This document shows positions 21,656 through 35,200 of a stretch of DNA of 64,000 nucleotides, one piece after another (the first letter of the stretch is position 1; the number at the start of each line of letters is the position of its first letter). Source of the stretch: Mantamonas sphyraenae STR306. Taxonomy: Eukaryota; Protista; CRuMs. Made by a program: the position numbers and the translations under genes. A model generated the notes under the pieces. The model ran no database searches. It was not told the DNA's origin and worked only from the letters and a program-made list of their open reading frames with translations. The stretch covers positions 186,001 through 250,000 of the forward strand of contig JAPMXV010000001.1 in the NCBI GenBank assembly GCA_026936335.1. Direction: 5' to 3'.

Positions 21656-22660
21656 ATGACATCAAAGGCAAACCTGCGGGTGCTGATGCGCCAGCAACAG
21701 GCCAAAGAAGGGACGAAGCACAGGGTGCAGCACGCGGCGGCCTCATACACTGCCAGTGGGAAACTTACATGCAAACTGTGCCAGGTGGGGGTGAGTGAAC
21801 CCAAGTGGAATGGCCATGTGGCCAGTGTGGAACACAAGGCACGTGTAGAGGCAGCCAGGCAGGCCTTGCAGCAGGCAAAGGCGGCGGAAGCAGCGGCAGC
21901 AGCACAGGCCGAGGCCACACGGACCATGCAGAACCTGGTGCAGTATGCATCCGACAGCAGTGACAGTGAGGATGAGGATGAGGATGAGAGGCAGGAGGTG
22001 AATGAGGAAGAAGAAGGGGTGGTTGTGATGAAGGAGGTGAAGATGGAAGACGCGCCAACCAAGGGCACACGAGGACACAAACGAGCACGAAGTCCAACAG
22101 GTCAAGAGAGAGACAACACAGAGACGGAACAACAGAAGGAGGAGGACGGGGGAGGAGGAGGATGGGACGAGGGGATTACCACCAGGGTTCTTTGATGGGG
22201 GTGAGGAGGGTGGTGGGGGCAGTCACAAGCGACAGCGTGTGGAGGCGGTGGATGGTGGAGAGACAGAGACAGAGGCAGAGACAAGTGGAACGACAGTGAG
22301 TGGAAGCAAGAGGGAAGGAGGAGGAGGAGAGAGGGAACTGCCAAAGGGGTTCTTTGATGAGGAGACGGGTGTGGGACAGGGGAAGGAGGGGCAAGGAGGG
22401 GCAGGGGGAGGAGAAGGAACAGCAAGCCAGGCAGACTTGGATGCACAGATGGAGGCATTTGAAGAGGAGTTGAAACAAAAGACGAGAAGCAGGGAGGCAC
22501 TGTTGGAGGAGGAGGAGGAGAAGATGATGCAACGACGAGCACAGAGGGAGAAGGAGGAACAGGAATGGCAACTGCAGAGGGTGCAACAGCTCAAGGAGCG
22601 TCTCAACAGGTCCATCACAACACCCAAAGAGGAACAGTCAGTGATTCATCATCATCAGTA

Positions 22661-22693
<33 letters not shown>

Positions 22694-22840
22694 GCAGGCA
22701 AAGGGAGCCTGACGACCTCCGCAGGACGTAGACAACCTATGGACTTATTCTCAGCAGGAGATGAAGATGAGGATGATGAGGATGAGGAGGGATTGGATGA
22801 CGACGCAGATGAGTTGGATTGGATGGCAACAGCTCTGTAG
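21656..22840 (+). CDS. ZNF830: ZNF830/CCDC16-like zinc-finger splicing factor (two frameshifts)
   Basis: YTASGKLTCKLC....KWNGHVASVEH zinc finger, LP(P/K)GFFD motifs, acidic C-terminus ending in LDW. Confidence 0.78.
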
Positions 22841-22933
22841 AAACAACACCTCTCGCTTTCCCCCAATCCAATTGTGCTGCCCACACACGCACATCCACCC
22901 ACCCACCCAGCCACACACACACACACACACACA

Positions 22934-24543
22934 ATGTCATCACGAAGACGCACAAGACCGTCGGCGATCAACACATCGCTGCAGGCGTCGAGGGCGTCGC
23001 AACACACACGGCAGCACTTTCACTCGCTACGTGAGGCGTCGAGCACCAAGGCAGCACGTAGCAGTGTGGTCAAGGGTGGACTGTTCTCACCCTCCTTCAC
23101 AGTGGGCAACTTTGACATGCGCAATGGCTTCCGCATGGTGTCGAGCACCCAGGTGAACGCACGCAGTCGACACGACCCCAAGGCGTTCATCTCGGTCAGC
23201 CAACACTCCCGCGAGCGGCCGGAACACTCACCACGCGCACGAAGTGCACGCGTGTTGGAAGACACTATCCATGGCTTTGCCTCTGTGGATACCCAACGCA
23301 CGTGGAGCAGCAGCACACGCAGTCGCGACTCGAAAAGGGCTAACGGCTATGCTGGCGGCGGCAGTTCCCGCAAAGCCTCAGTCGCAGCAGCTGCAGGCAC
23401 GGGTGAAGGTGACGACGACGCCCATGCACGCAGCACCAGTTGCACCAGCCAGGGGAGCAATGTCAGCAGTAGCAGCAACAGCAACAGCGATAACAACAGG
23501 CAAACGCAGCGGCGAACGGGAAGCAGCCATGCCAGGAACACAAGCCGAGCTGAGGCTCTGGCCAACTACACCGCCCATGGACAGGAGGATGACGAGCAAG
23601 GGGAAGTGTTGCATGCATCACAGAGTGGCACCAGTCAAGGCACGGGACACACAATCAGCAACAGCAGCAGTAGCAGCAGCAGCAGCAGCAGGGGAAGCGG
23701 CACAGGGGTGGACGAGAGAGAGGAGAAGCGACGAGGCTCCAGCTCGTCACGGATGCCAAAGTTGGGACCACGTCTCATGCTGCATGCAGTGGACGAGAAC
23801 GAGCTTGTGGCAGGACAACAGTATGTGTTGCAACAGAACGACTATGACGTGTTGGCGGCACACGACGGTACACACACAGCACACACCCTGGAGCCACAGG
23901 GACGCAGCAAACGATCGGGATCGGTGAGCTCAGAGGCTTCAGACATGTCCACCCTGTCGCAGATGTCATCCATGGGATTCGATGGCTTCCTGTTTGGGAG
24001 GGAGCGACTGAAACGAGCCGCGGAAAATATCATGGCGGAGCAGGGACGACGACGCTCAAGTGGAGTCACGGATGGGCTGGACGAAGGAGAGGATGATGAG
24101 GAAGGTCATGGAGGAGGAGGTGGAGGCGGCAGGGCATCACGTGGGGTGCACTTTGTGGATGTGCCCTCTGTGGACGATGGGATCATGGCAGGACAGCTGC
24201 ACCGCGCTGAATCGTTGTCGGATGACCACGATGGGATGACAGCCAGTGCAGAAGTCAAGGGCAAGAAGCAACGGGAACAGTTCTTCCACACCGAACAGGT
24301 GGAAGGGGTGGACTTTCTCGCACGCAATCTGCGCATTGTACAGGGCGACACCGGCGCCGCCATGAGCTCCCTCGTGCGCAAGATGCAACTGGCCAAACGT
24401 TTGGCAGCCAAGAAGCAACGACAACGGACGGGAGCAGCAGGAGCAGAAGCCGGGCAGGAGGATGAGGAACGGTCGCGGGATGGGGCAGGCGGGTGGGAGC
24501 ATGATCGTTCTTACCACGATGAGGATGGATTGCACGAGACAGG

Positions 24544-24576
<33 letters not shown>

Positions 24577-27500
24577 TCCAGAGTTTGAACATATCAAAAG
24601 GTCCGGCGTGGGGGCAGCAATCATTGACACGGCACTGCAGACGACAGAGGCAGACGCATTGACGGCAATGCTGCGCAGCAGCAAAGACAAGGAGAAGGGG
24701 ATGGGAGGCAAACGGTTGGGACGAAACAGCAGCAGGCACAGCACCTCCAGCAACAACAGTGGCGGCAAGCAACACCAGCAGGAACAACACGCAACACAGA
24801 AACGACCCACGACATCGTCGTCCTCTTCATCATCATCCTCGTCGGTGTCCTTCGACCTGCAGGCCCTGGACTCTGAAATAGACTCGTCACAGATGACCAA
24901 CGAGCATGCAGACATCCCCGGGGTGGGCCAATCCTCGCTGCATTGGGGCATGCACGCGTCGTCGTCGTCTTCTGGCAAGGGACGGCATGGTCTGGGTGAA
25001 CACGACGAAAACGGGGAGGATGGGGATGGCACGGATGAGGAGGAGGAGGAGGAGGATGAATCGACTCTGGGAAGCCCTCGCGTGGTCAAGTTTCGAGAAA
25101 CGAAACACTTTACACGTACGCAGTACCTGCAACAGCAACAGCTGCGGCTGCAATCGACGGCCAATGCAGTCAAGGTGGAAGGGGTGCAAGGAATGGCAGC
25201 CATCGATAGGCTGCCCAGCACCGAGCGGGACGATTTGTATGACGAGACGATGGGCATGCTGATGGAATTGATGCAGGAGGTGGAATCCACAGAGAGGGTG
25301 CGGTTGGAGTGTGCCAAACGCCTGTGGAAGCAACACGTGGCCAACAGTGCCATTCTGCGAGCACGCCAGAGCCAACAGGAGTTGGAGGAGGGCCTTCGCG
25401 GTGGGTCGGGCGGACGCTGGCGGTACGGAGGCAAGGAGACGGCGATGTACATGTACACAGTGGATGTGGAGGCTGTGGTGGACACGTTTGTGCACCTTCT
25501 GGAAACGGGGACGGAGGTGACGCGTGTGCACGCGGCGGCGTTTCTGAAACGGAATCCGTTGCAGCACGACAGGGTGGTGGAACAACTGATGGAATGCCTG
25601 ACGGACGCAAGTGCACGAGTGGTGGTGGAGGCAGAGAAGGCACTGGGTGGGTTGAATGTGCACGACGCCAAACTGGTGTCGTCCCTGCTGTTGCGCCTCA
25701 ACACCGCCGGATGGCGACAACGTCTCAGTGCCATTGTGTTGTTGCGTCGGTGCAGTGACGACCCACGCGTGTCCAAGGCCCTACACAGAGTGGCCAAGGA
25801 GGATTGGAACTTCAAGGTGCGTCTGGAGGCGTGCAACTCGTTGATCGAGCTGGGTGAACGCGACATGGTGGTGGATGCCCTCACCGTCTCGGCCAACGAC
25901 AAGGACGACAGCGCACGCAAGCAGGTGATGATGATTCTGCGTGCATGCACCCAACTCCTCACCGAGGACATTGGCTTCCTGCTGATTCGTGGCGCCGCCG
26001 ACTTGTGCACCCCCGTGCGTTTGGAGGCGTTCAAAGCACTCACAGCACGCGGCATTCGTTCGGCCAGCTGCGAGGACGCCCTGTTTGCCACGCTGGACAC
26101 AGACAATTGGCAACTCAAGGTGGAAGCCATCAAGTCCCTGGGCAAGCTGTACACGAGCGAGAGCCCCGAGGAACGATTGCGCATCAGCAATCGTCTTGCG
26201 TCGCAGCTGAGTGAAACCCATTCGGCGGTGTTGTCCGAGACGGCGCGTGTGCTCACCGACCTGGGCATGGCCCACAAGCTGCGTTTGCATGAGTCACAGA
26301 AACTGGAGGTGGTCAAGCAGAGTGCACAGGTGTTTTTGGGTCGCAGTGGCAGTCGTGCCAGTGTGCGAAGCCAGGGCAGTGCCGGTGGAGGGGCTGTCGA
26401 GGGCGCCGGTGCAGGTACAGGTGCAGGTGCCGGAGGGGGAGAGTCGGGCACACGCAGTGGACGAACGACACCGCGAGGCGGAGGGACGGCAGGTCAGGGG
26501 TCCCGTGGGGCAAATGTGCAGCAACAACAGGTGCAGGAACTGGTGGATGTGTTGCAGCACTCATTCAGCTGGTGTGAACGTGCAGAGGCGGCGGCGGATC
26601 TGGGAGTGTATGGGGAGGACGAAGAGATGGTTGTGAATGCCCTGCTGCGCGCGAGCAAGGATGCACACAACTATGTGCGTGCACAGGCCACACGGTCACT
26701 GGGAATGGTGGGATCACTGCAGACACGCATCCTGGATTGCATGCACAGCCAGTTGGAAGATGAGGATTGGAGTGTGCGCGCAGAGGCAGTGCATGCGTTG
26801 GGTCGCCTGCGTCCCCCGGGAGAAGGCAGCATCAAGGCAGTGTTGCCTCTGGTGGGTGACAGCGACAACATGGTGCGATTCCAGGCAGCCAAGACTCTGA
26901 TGTATCTGGGACACCAGAGCGAATCGTTTGAGGAGCGGAAGACCATTGTGGAAACCCTGCTGGACAGCATGGAGGACAGGTACCAGAGTGTGCGCCACCA
27001 GATTGTCAAGACTGTGGGTGCCCTCGTGCAGGACACGGCCATGATGGACGATGAGTTGTATCTGGAAATCATGCTGGAGTGTCTGCACGACCAGTATGTC
27101 AAGGTGCGTCTGGCAGCCCTGCGCAACCTGGGATGCCTGCCCACCGTGACACGCGACACAGCTGCTGCCGTGGTGGCGTGTCTGGCACACAAGAACGAAG
27201 AGTTGCGTGTGCATGCCGCCGCTGTGTTGGGTGCCTATCCCAACGCCGCCAGCGAGTCGCTTGTGGTCGATGCCCTCACGCGCATGCTGGAGGATGCCAA
27301 TCCCAACGCTCGCTTTGCCGCAGCCAAGGCTTTGGTGCGTCTTGGGCTCAAGGATCTGCGTCTGGTGGCCCCGCTGGTCACCAAGCTGGGAGACAAGCTG
27401 TGGCGAGAACGTGTGGAGGCGTGTCAGACGCTGGGGGCTCTGGCCATTGTGGATGACAAGTTGTTGGCCATGCTGAGTGAACGCGTGGCGGACAGCAACC

Positions 27501-29134
27501 AAATGGTGCAGGTGGCCGCATCGCAAGCCCTGCTGGCGATGAACCAGAGCGAATTGGTGGTCAGCAATCTGATTGAGCAGCTGGGCGACCGTGTGGATGC
27601 CATCAAAGTGCGTGCCGCACGTGTGTTGGCCCAGTTGCAGGTTCAGGACTCACGTGTGGTCTCGGCGCTGTTGGTGTGTCTCTTGGATCCCAACGACACT
27701 CTGCAACGCCAGGCAGCCTCCACTCTGGAGAGCATTGGGGCGGCCAAAAAGGCCATCACTGTGTTGGTGCGCAGGCTGGAGAGTGACGCCAGTGGTAGCA
27801 AGACCCAAACCACCACTGCCCTGGGCAAACTGTGTGCCTACCTGCGTGTCACCGACGAACGTGTCCTGTCCATCCTCGTGGGTCGTTTGGCCGACGACGA
27901 CTGGCGCACCAGTGTCAAGGCTGCTGCTTCCTTGGCTGCCACCGGTGTGGCTGCACCCTTTGTGCGCACGGGTCTCCTCTCCCTCCTGTACTCGCCCAAG
28001 CGCAAGGTGCACAGCAGCCGGCGTGCCGACGATCTCATGTACGGCAGCGAGCAAGCAGAGGCCCTCAAGGCCCTGAGTGCACTGCAATTTGACGACGACC
28101 AGGTCATTGGTGCGTATCTGGAGCATCTGGAGGCCGAGGATACGTTTGTGCGTGTGGCTGCCGTGGCGGGTCTGGGTGCTTGTCCCAGCACACGCAGCGA
28201 AACCGTGCTCCAACACGCCCTGGTGTCCAAACTCAACGACAAGAATCTGTACGTGCGCGCCGAGGTCCTGTCAGCCCTGGTCAACCTGGGCATGGATGGC
28301 GAGCTGGTGGTGGCTGCATTGATTGTGGGCATGCAGGATGTGGACGAGCTGGTGCGCGCCCAGGCCGTCAAGGCGTGTGGTGCCCTGGCCATGCGTGATG
28401 CTGATCTGGTGTACATGCTTCTGGATCTCCTCAACGACGACTATCACCAGGTGCGCCGCATGTCTGCCCAAACCCTGGGCGAATTGGGGGTGCGCAACGA
28501 CTTTATTGTCAACTCACTCATTGTGCGTCTGGAAGACGAGTCGTTCTACGTGCGGGCCGAGGTGGCCAAGTCCCTGCGTCTGCTCTCGGTGCGCAGCAAG
28601 AAGGTGGTGCGTTCGCTGGTTTCACGTCTGCGCGATTGGAACGACATGGTCTTCTACGAAAGTGCCAAGGCCCTGGCTGCCCTCAATGTGCGTGAAACTC
28701 AGGTGATCAAACCGCTCCTTCTGCATCTGCAGGACGGCGATGCTGTCACTCGCCAACGTGCAATCACTTCCCTCTCGGAAATGCGTGTGCGCACCAAGGA
28801 GGTCGTGGAGGCGGTGCTCAGTGGCCTCAATGACACAGACGCCGGGGTGCGCTTGCAAAGTGTCATTGGGCTGGGTTTGCTCCGTGTGCGATCCGATCGG
28901 GTTCTTGGCGCCCTCATGGACAAGTTGGACGACGAGGATCCGCGTGTGCGTGTGGAAACCACGCGCAGTCTGCAAATGATTGGCTTTCAAGACGACGCCG
29001 TGCTCGAGGAGCTGCGCAAGCACGCACGCGACGACGAGAACGACGAAGTGCGCGAGTTGTGTTTGCAGCAGTTGCGTGCCCATCCGCAGCCCGTGTTTGA
29101 CGTCTTGAGTGCAAGGTCGAGCAGTGAGAACTAA
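22934..29134 (+). CDS. Large HEAT-repeat protein with a disordered N-terminus
   Basis: About 2065-aa open frame. Dozens of (L)xD.d..VR..A...LG PBS-lyase-type HEAT repeats begin at roughly aa 860. Confidence 0.85.
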
Positions 29135-29225
29135 GCAATGTATGTAGGAACGGATGTGAATGGTGTCCATTTTGGCTGAATCCCCACCATCAATTGCGTT
29201 GTGTTGTTGCGTGAGTTCCGCCTGA

Positions 29226-32200
29226 TCACTGGATCACACACAGTCCGTCGTCGTCGGAATCACTCTCCCATGCGGTGCCACCCTGCACAAAGTCGCTCTC
29301 CCGTGGAATGAAATCCGCGTCCATGTCGCGACACTGTTCGCAGGCGTACAGGAGTTTCTCGCGCATGACTTCCTTGGACGAGTACTTGGGCAGGAAGAGT
29401 TGGAAGAAGCACGTTGCCGACCGTGGCAGGTACTCGTCCTGGTTCTCGTCGCCCACCTCGCTCATGACACTGCTCAGGGGCAACACCTTGAACACTTGGT
29501 CAAACTCCTGGTCGTGACTAGGCAGCCTAGATCGGCCCCACACAAAGCGCAGGAACGAGCGACGCTGCTGTGCGTTCATCTCGCCCAACACCTCCCACAA
29601 CATTTCCACCGACCTGTGCGTGGCGTTGAAGCCACCCGAGTACTCCGTGTGTCGCTTGAGCAACTTGAGATCCACGTCCGATTTGCCACACACGCGCAAC
29701 TCCAACTCGTCCCACTTGAACAAACGCAGCAGGTGTTCCGGCACCACTGCCACCAATCCACGTCGCATGGCAGCCACCTGTGTGTTGAATTCGTTCAATC
29801 GCTGCGTCTGCACCCGTTCGATGTACTCGTCCCGCGTGTCGATCGTCACCGTGCGATCGTGACCGTCTTCCACCAGCTCCACCTCGCGTCCATCCACGTT
29901 CACGGTGGTGAATGCCAAGTCCATGGCTTCCAGCTCCGCGGCTTCCGTTCGCTTCAGCGCCTCCAGTCCAGCCGTCTCCAGCGCATCGATTGCTTCGAGA
30001 TCATTGCCGTTCAGCGGCGCCTGCACCAGCTGCTTCCACACAATGGACGGCAAGTCCATGTTGAAGGCCTTCTTTGTGCGCACGGCAATGCCCATCAGCT
30101 TGCCGATGGTCTCAAACAAAGCCAAATGGGCGCCGGTGTCGCGCGAGGGATTGGGCAGGTACTTTTCCTGATCCAATCCCACGCCGTTGACTGCGTTCGG
30201 CGTGGGCACAAACAGACCCAATGCAGGGTGCAGGATGTCTGCGCTGAATTGGGACATGGCCTCTGCATAGGGGCCTCCTGGTCATCTGCACCCTCGCCCA
30301 GGAACTTGACCTTGAATGCCTGGTCGGCGTGCAGCAGCTCGTGTGCTGGCACGATGCGCAACTGGTCGTGTGCCTGCACAAACTGCACCTTTGGGATTTC
30401 AAAGTTGCTGTGCTGGGCCTCGGCCACGGCCAGGAGTCGATTGAGGTAGATGATGGGCCTGTGTGACCGCAGGGTCTCCAGCATGTAGGAGCCTGCAAAC
30501 TTGACTTTGGTGTCAAACAGGATGAGGTGACGCAGCTTGTCCACCATTTCGCCCAGCGCAGGCACGCTTGCGCCACTGAAGCCAATCAGAGGCAACGCAG
30601 GCTCAATGGTGCGGTTGTAGCGTTGCAACAGGGCAAAGCGCAGACGCACGTCAAGGAGGGTCAGCCCACGCAGCGAGTCGTAATCGGCGTAGTTTTCGGG
30701 CGTCAGTCCGCGCGGGGGCAGCGCTGTCAGGATATCCTGCTGCGGGGTCTGGCTGGCCATGCGGTTCATGCAGTTGACCAAATCCTCGTCCATGGTGGTG
30801 GTCCATTCGGACTGCACACGCAGGGCCTCTTGGATGCGCTCGGCCTCTGCACGCAGCAGCATGGGGTCGTTCTGTGTAGACGTGGGCGTGACGAGCAGCT
30901 TGAAGCCCCAAACCGGTTCGATCTTCACCGCCGTCTCCAGCGGCAACAGACCCTGCCGAGGCAGGTTGGACGCAGGGTGTGTGACACGCATAAACATGTG
31001 TCCCTGTGGGTGAGTGCGCGGCAACGCTTCGCACTCGGCACACAGGGCATACCCGGCGCAGTGGATACACAGGAAGGCGATGCCTCGGATGGGCGACACG
31101 CCGCACATCTGACATTGGGTGCCGTGGTGCTGGTCGCCTTCGATGCGGTTGAGCATGCCCAGCGGACGGTGGCGCCATTTGAAGTGGGCGGTGACCTTGA
31201 CAAAGGTGTGTCCTGTGGACGAGTGCACGTCGCCGTTGATGCAATCCTCACACAGGTCGTAGTCCGCACACTGCAGACACTTGTACCGGGGTCCCGAGAT
31301 GGGCGTTTGGCGGCACCCGTCGCACGTGAAGCCCGGGGCGTAGCATTGGACACTAAAGTGCACGCAATCGCCCTCGACGGAACTGCCCGTGACCTTGCCC
31401 TTGCCATCCTTGAGGCGGATGTGCATGTTGGGTGGCAATTGGGTCTGGCCCGTGGCCACCACCGTCATCGAAGTGGTGTCCGGGACGCTCACCTTGCCGT
31501 GGTTGCACGGGTCGTTGTACACATACTGGAACGGGTGCTGCGACTCCACCTCCTCCGACAAGTCCATCTCCTCCGTCACTTTGATCCACTCGCGCAGGAC
31601 CACACCCACAGGGAAGCGGTTGTGTGCCACCAAACTCTCCATCATCTCGCGACAATGGTCCAGGGTTTCCACAGCCGTGCCACTCTGTGGCTCCACTGCC
31701 GGCAAACCCACAGTGTCCAACAGCAGCTCCTGCATCTCCTGGTTGGTTGCAAAGTCAAGGCCGTCGTACGCTGCACAGCGTGCGTGTGCATGCATGTGCT
31801 TCCCTTGCACGATCGCCTTGCCCTTGCCCTTGCCCTTGTCCTTGTCCATTTCCATGTCGCCATCTGTGGTGGTTTCCCCTTCTGTTGCGTCTGCGTCTGC
31901 TGCCTTGGCTTTCGCCTTGGCCATTGCAATGCGCTGTGGACGCAGTTCCTCGCGGATGACGCGTCGTGCACGCGTGCAGACCAGCAGGAGCTCGTTGTAG
32001 GCCTGCAAGATGGGAGGAAGACGGTACACGTGATCCTCCATGGCACCCTCGTCAAGCTTGCGTGCCAGCCATGCGACCTCGCTCAGCTGTGCCAACTTGG
32101 GCAGGCCGTCCAGCGGGAAGCGATCGACATGGGTGAGCAGACGGGCCAACAGATGGAGGGTGGGTGCAGCGTGCACACGCAGCTTCCACTCGCTGACCTG

Positions 32201-35200
32201 TGCGGCCAGCATGTCGTACACCGTGCGGTTGTATGCCACTGCACGCACACTTGCCAAGTGTGCAGGGTCGACGTCTGCGCGTGCCTCCAGGACATCGACT
32301 GCATCCAACACCAGCCCCAGCAGCCACACGGCCACAGTGTGTTTGCGCAACGCATCCATCACGTTGTGGCGCATCTTGTCTTCGACGGCCATGATGCCAC
32401 GCATGACATGGCACATGTCCACACTGCCTGTGGCCCCTCCATCCTCCTGCTTCTTCTCAAACGCACGCATGCGCACCAGGCGTGTGTTGAGCCAATCCGG
32501 AGAACTCGGGTAGGTTTGCACAAACTGCAGGTTGGCGGCTGCCATCTCGCCAAGGCGCTTCAACGCAGCAACCGTGTCTTCCACGGCCTCCACACCACTG
32601 CGCACGTCTTCCAGCACGCGTGTGTACAACAGTTGAAAGTCGGCCATGTCTGTGGCCGGTGTGTGTTGCTCCAGGAACATCGACGAACGTGCCACACGCG
32701 ACGTGGGAAGCGAAAAGTGGGGCTCCAGTGCGGGCGAGCTGTCCACTGCCAGCGACAGCAGTTGCATGACGGCACTTTGGGTGTGGTCGCCTTCTTCCTC
32801 CCGTTCGCCCTCCTGCTGCTGCTGTGCTGCCTCCTGGCCCATGCGTTCCATGGCAGACAGGGGTGCTTGCGACAGCACACGCATGAGCACGCGACGCGAG
32901 CTGAGGGCGGCTTCGCGTGTCTCCTTGGCCAGCACAAGGGCACGCAGGAGAGAGGGGCGCACGTGGGTGTTGTAAGTGCGCTCCGAGTCGGCGCTAAACA
33001 CGCGGAAGCGGCGGTCAAAGTTGGGTCGCTCGATGCTCTCAAACGGGAACCAGTATTGTTCCATCTCCTTCGTCGGCACCAAACAGGAAGCGCAGACGCA
33101 CGCAGCGGTTGGCTTCGTCCACCTGCGTCACCTTGCCCCAATGGCCCACACATCGGTTCATCTCGGGCACCCAGTTCACACGCGAGGGCTTCAACACCTG
33201 TGTGGCCACCTTGAGCATGCATCCTTCAAACACCTCTTCGAACAACCATGGACCCTTCGAGCGCACCTTGCTCACTTCCTTCACCAGACGCTTGATCTCC
33301 ACCTCCAGTTCTGCCTGGTTCTCCGCCTCCTGGTCGTCCGGCACCACGCCAAACAGCGACAGCACGTCCATCTGCTCCAACTCCACGCCTTCGTCTTTGA
33401 AATCGCATTCGTCGTCACTCAGTCCATCATCGTCATCACCTGTTCCGTTGTCTGAGCTGCTCGACGACGATGCCGACGACGAAGATGTGCTTGTCGTTTC
33501 AGGTGTCAAGACGATGTCTTGGGTTGCATCTGCAAGGTCTCGGATCACAGTGACAGACCAGGAGTTATCCCCTTCGCCATCGCCCTCTTCGCCGGGGTGT
33601 TCGGCACCCACCACTGGCGTGGTCGGTTCCGACGATGTCACGCTGCCCATCGACATTTGCAGGGCTGCTTGCAGAGCTGCAGCCTCGTCGTACTCGTCGT
33701 CCTCTTCCTCACCCTCTTCACCCTCCTCCTCTTCCTCTTCTTCTTCTTCCTCTGCCACCTCTTCGTCGTTGCCGTCTTGTGCATCCTCTTCACCTGCCTC
33801 GTGCATCTCCTCAGAGGCAGCCAATGCGGCTGCAAACGCGGCGTCCTCATCATAATCCTCGTGTTGGTGATTGTGTTCGTTGCCACCTTCCTCAAGCACC
33901 ACCTCCACATCGGCCGCAGCCACCGCCGCACCCCCAGTGTCTGCATCCGCGCTGGTGGTTGACGTTGTTGCCGTGCCCGAGTCCTCGCTTGCCTCGGCCT
34001 CGACGTCCTTGTCACCCGAAGCGGGGGTGGTGCCATTCGCCGCAGCCTCCATGTCCATGATCAGCTCCTCCACGCTGCTGGGCACCTTGTGGCCTGCCGC
34101 CAGCTTGTCACAAATGTACACAGCTCGCTCCAGCTCATTCATCGTTGCGTAATGAGCGGCCAATTCGTCCAGAGCGCTTGATGCACTCGATGCACCCCCA
34201 CCGCCACCGGCACCACTTCCACCGCCGCCAGCACCACCGCCGCCACTGCTGCTGCTGCTGCTGCTGCTCTCTCGGCTGCCTCCTTTTGAGCCGCCTCTGC
34301 CATGGAGCGTGCCTCTTCGTACAGACGCAGATCATCTTCGTCGAGCACATGCACGGCTGCGCCATTGGCACCGTCCTCGTCGTCGTCCCCATCGTCCCCA
34401 GCCTGTTCCAGCTCCCATGCGTGCTCCAGTAGCCACATGGCGGCCATGGCCACATTCTGACCCGTGGCTTTCAGAGCAGCCACACATGCTTTCATGCTGT
34501 AGCCCATTTCTGTGAGCGACATGGCATCGGCCACAAACTGCGGTTGTTCTTCCAGGGGCACCACACGTTCGACGACAGGGGCACGCAGGAAGGCTTCGGG
34601 ATCAAACATGAAAGCCTGTTGGCCAAAGTTGGCCATCACCACTGCACCTTGGCTGTGCAACCCGACAATGGGTGTGTGGTTGCCCGTCACGTCCTCTTCT
34701 GCCAACCCCACCATCTTGCCGTTGACAGTGTAGTACAGTCGCGCGGTGGCAATGTCCCACAGCAGACCTGCTGTGTCGCCCTGGTTCCACCGTGTCTGCT
34801 TGAAGTTGTGGTTGACCTTGCCGCCCACCAGGGCGTCTCCCGTGGCTGCGTGGAAGCCGTACCCGCCCGGCATGATGCCCGGCATTCCCCACGTAAAGTT
34901 GCGCTTGTTGGGGAACAGACCCAGGGCCACGTAGCACTCGCTGTGACCCTTGTCCAGCACGGTGACTTCAAAGTAGTAGTACCGCAGGGTGTTGGAAATG
35001 CCATGGTCTGCACGCAGCACACCCACCGTGTGTTCGCACTTGTCCACGGGCTTCATGTACCGCACCGTGTACGGATCAATCATGTGCAGGTAGTCCGCGT
35101 ACGTGGGTTCGAACCGTGTGGGCACGCGTGCATCTTGGTTGGCGTACAAGGCGTACGGTTCGTCCGAGTGTGCGTGTGCATCCATCTCCAGCTTGCGACT

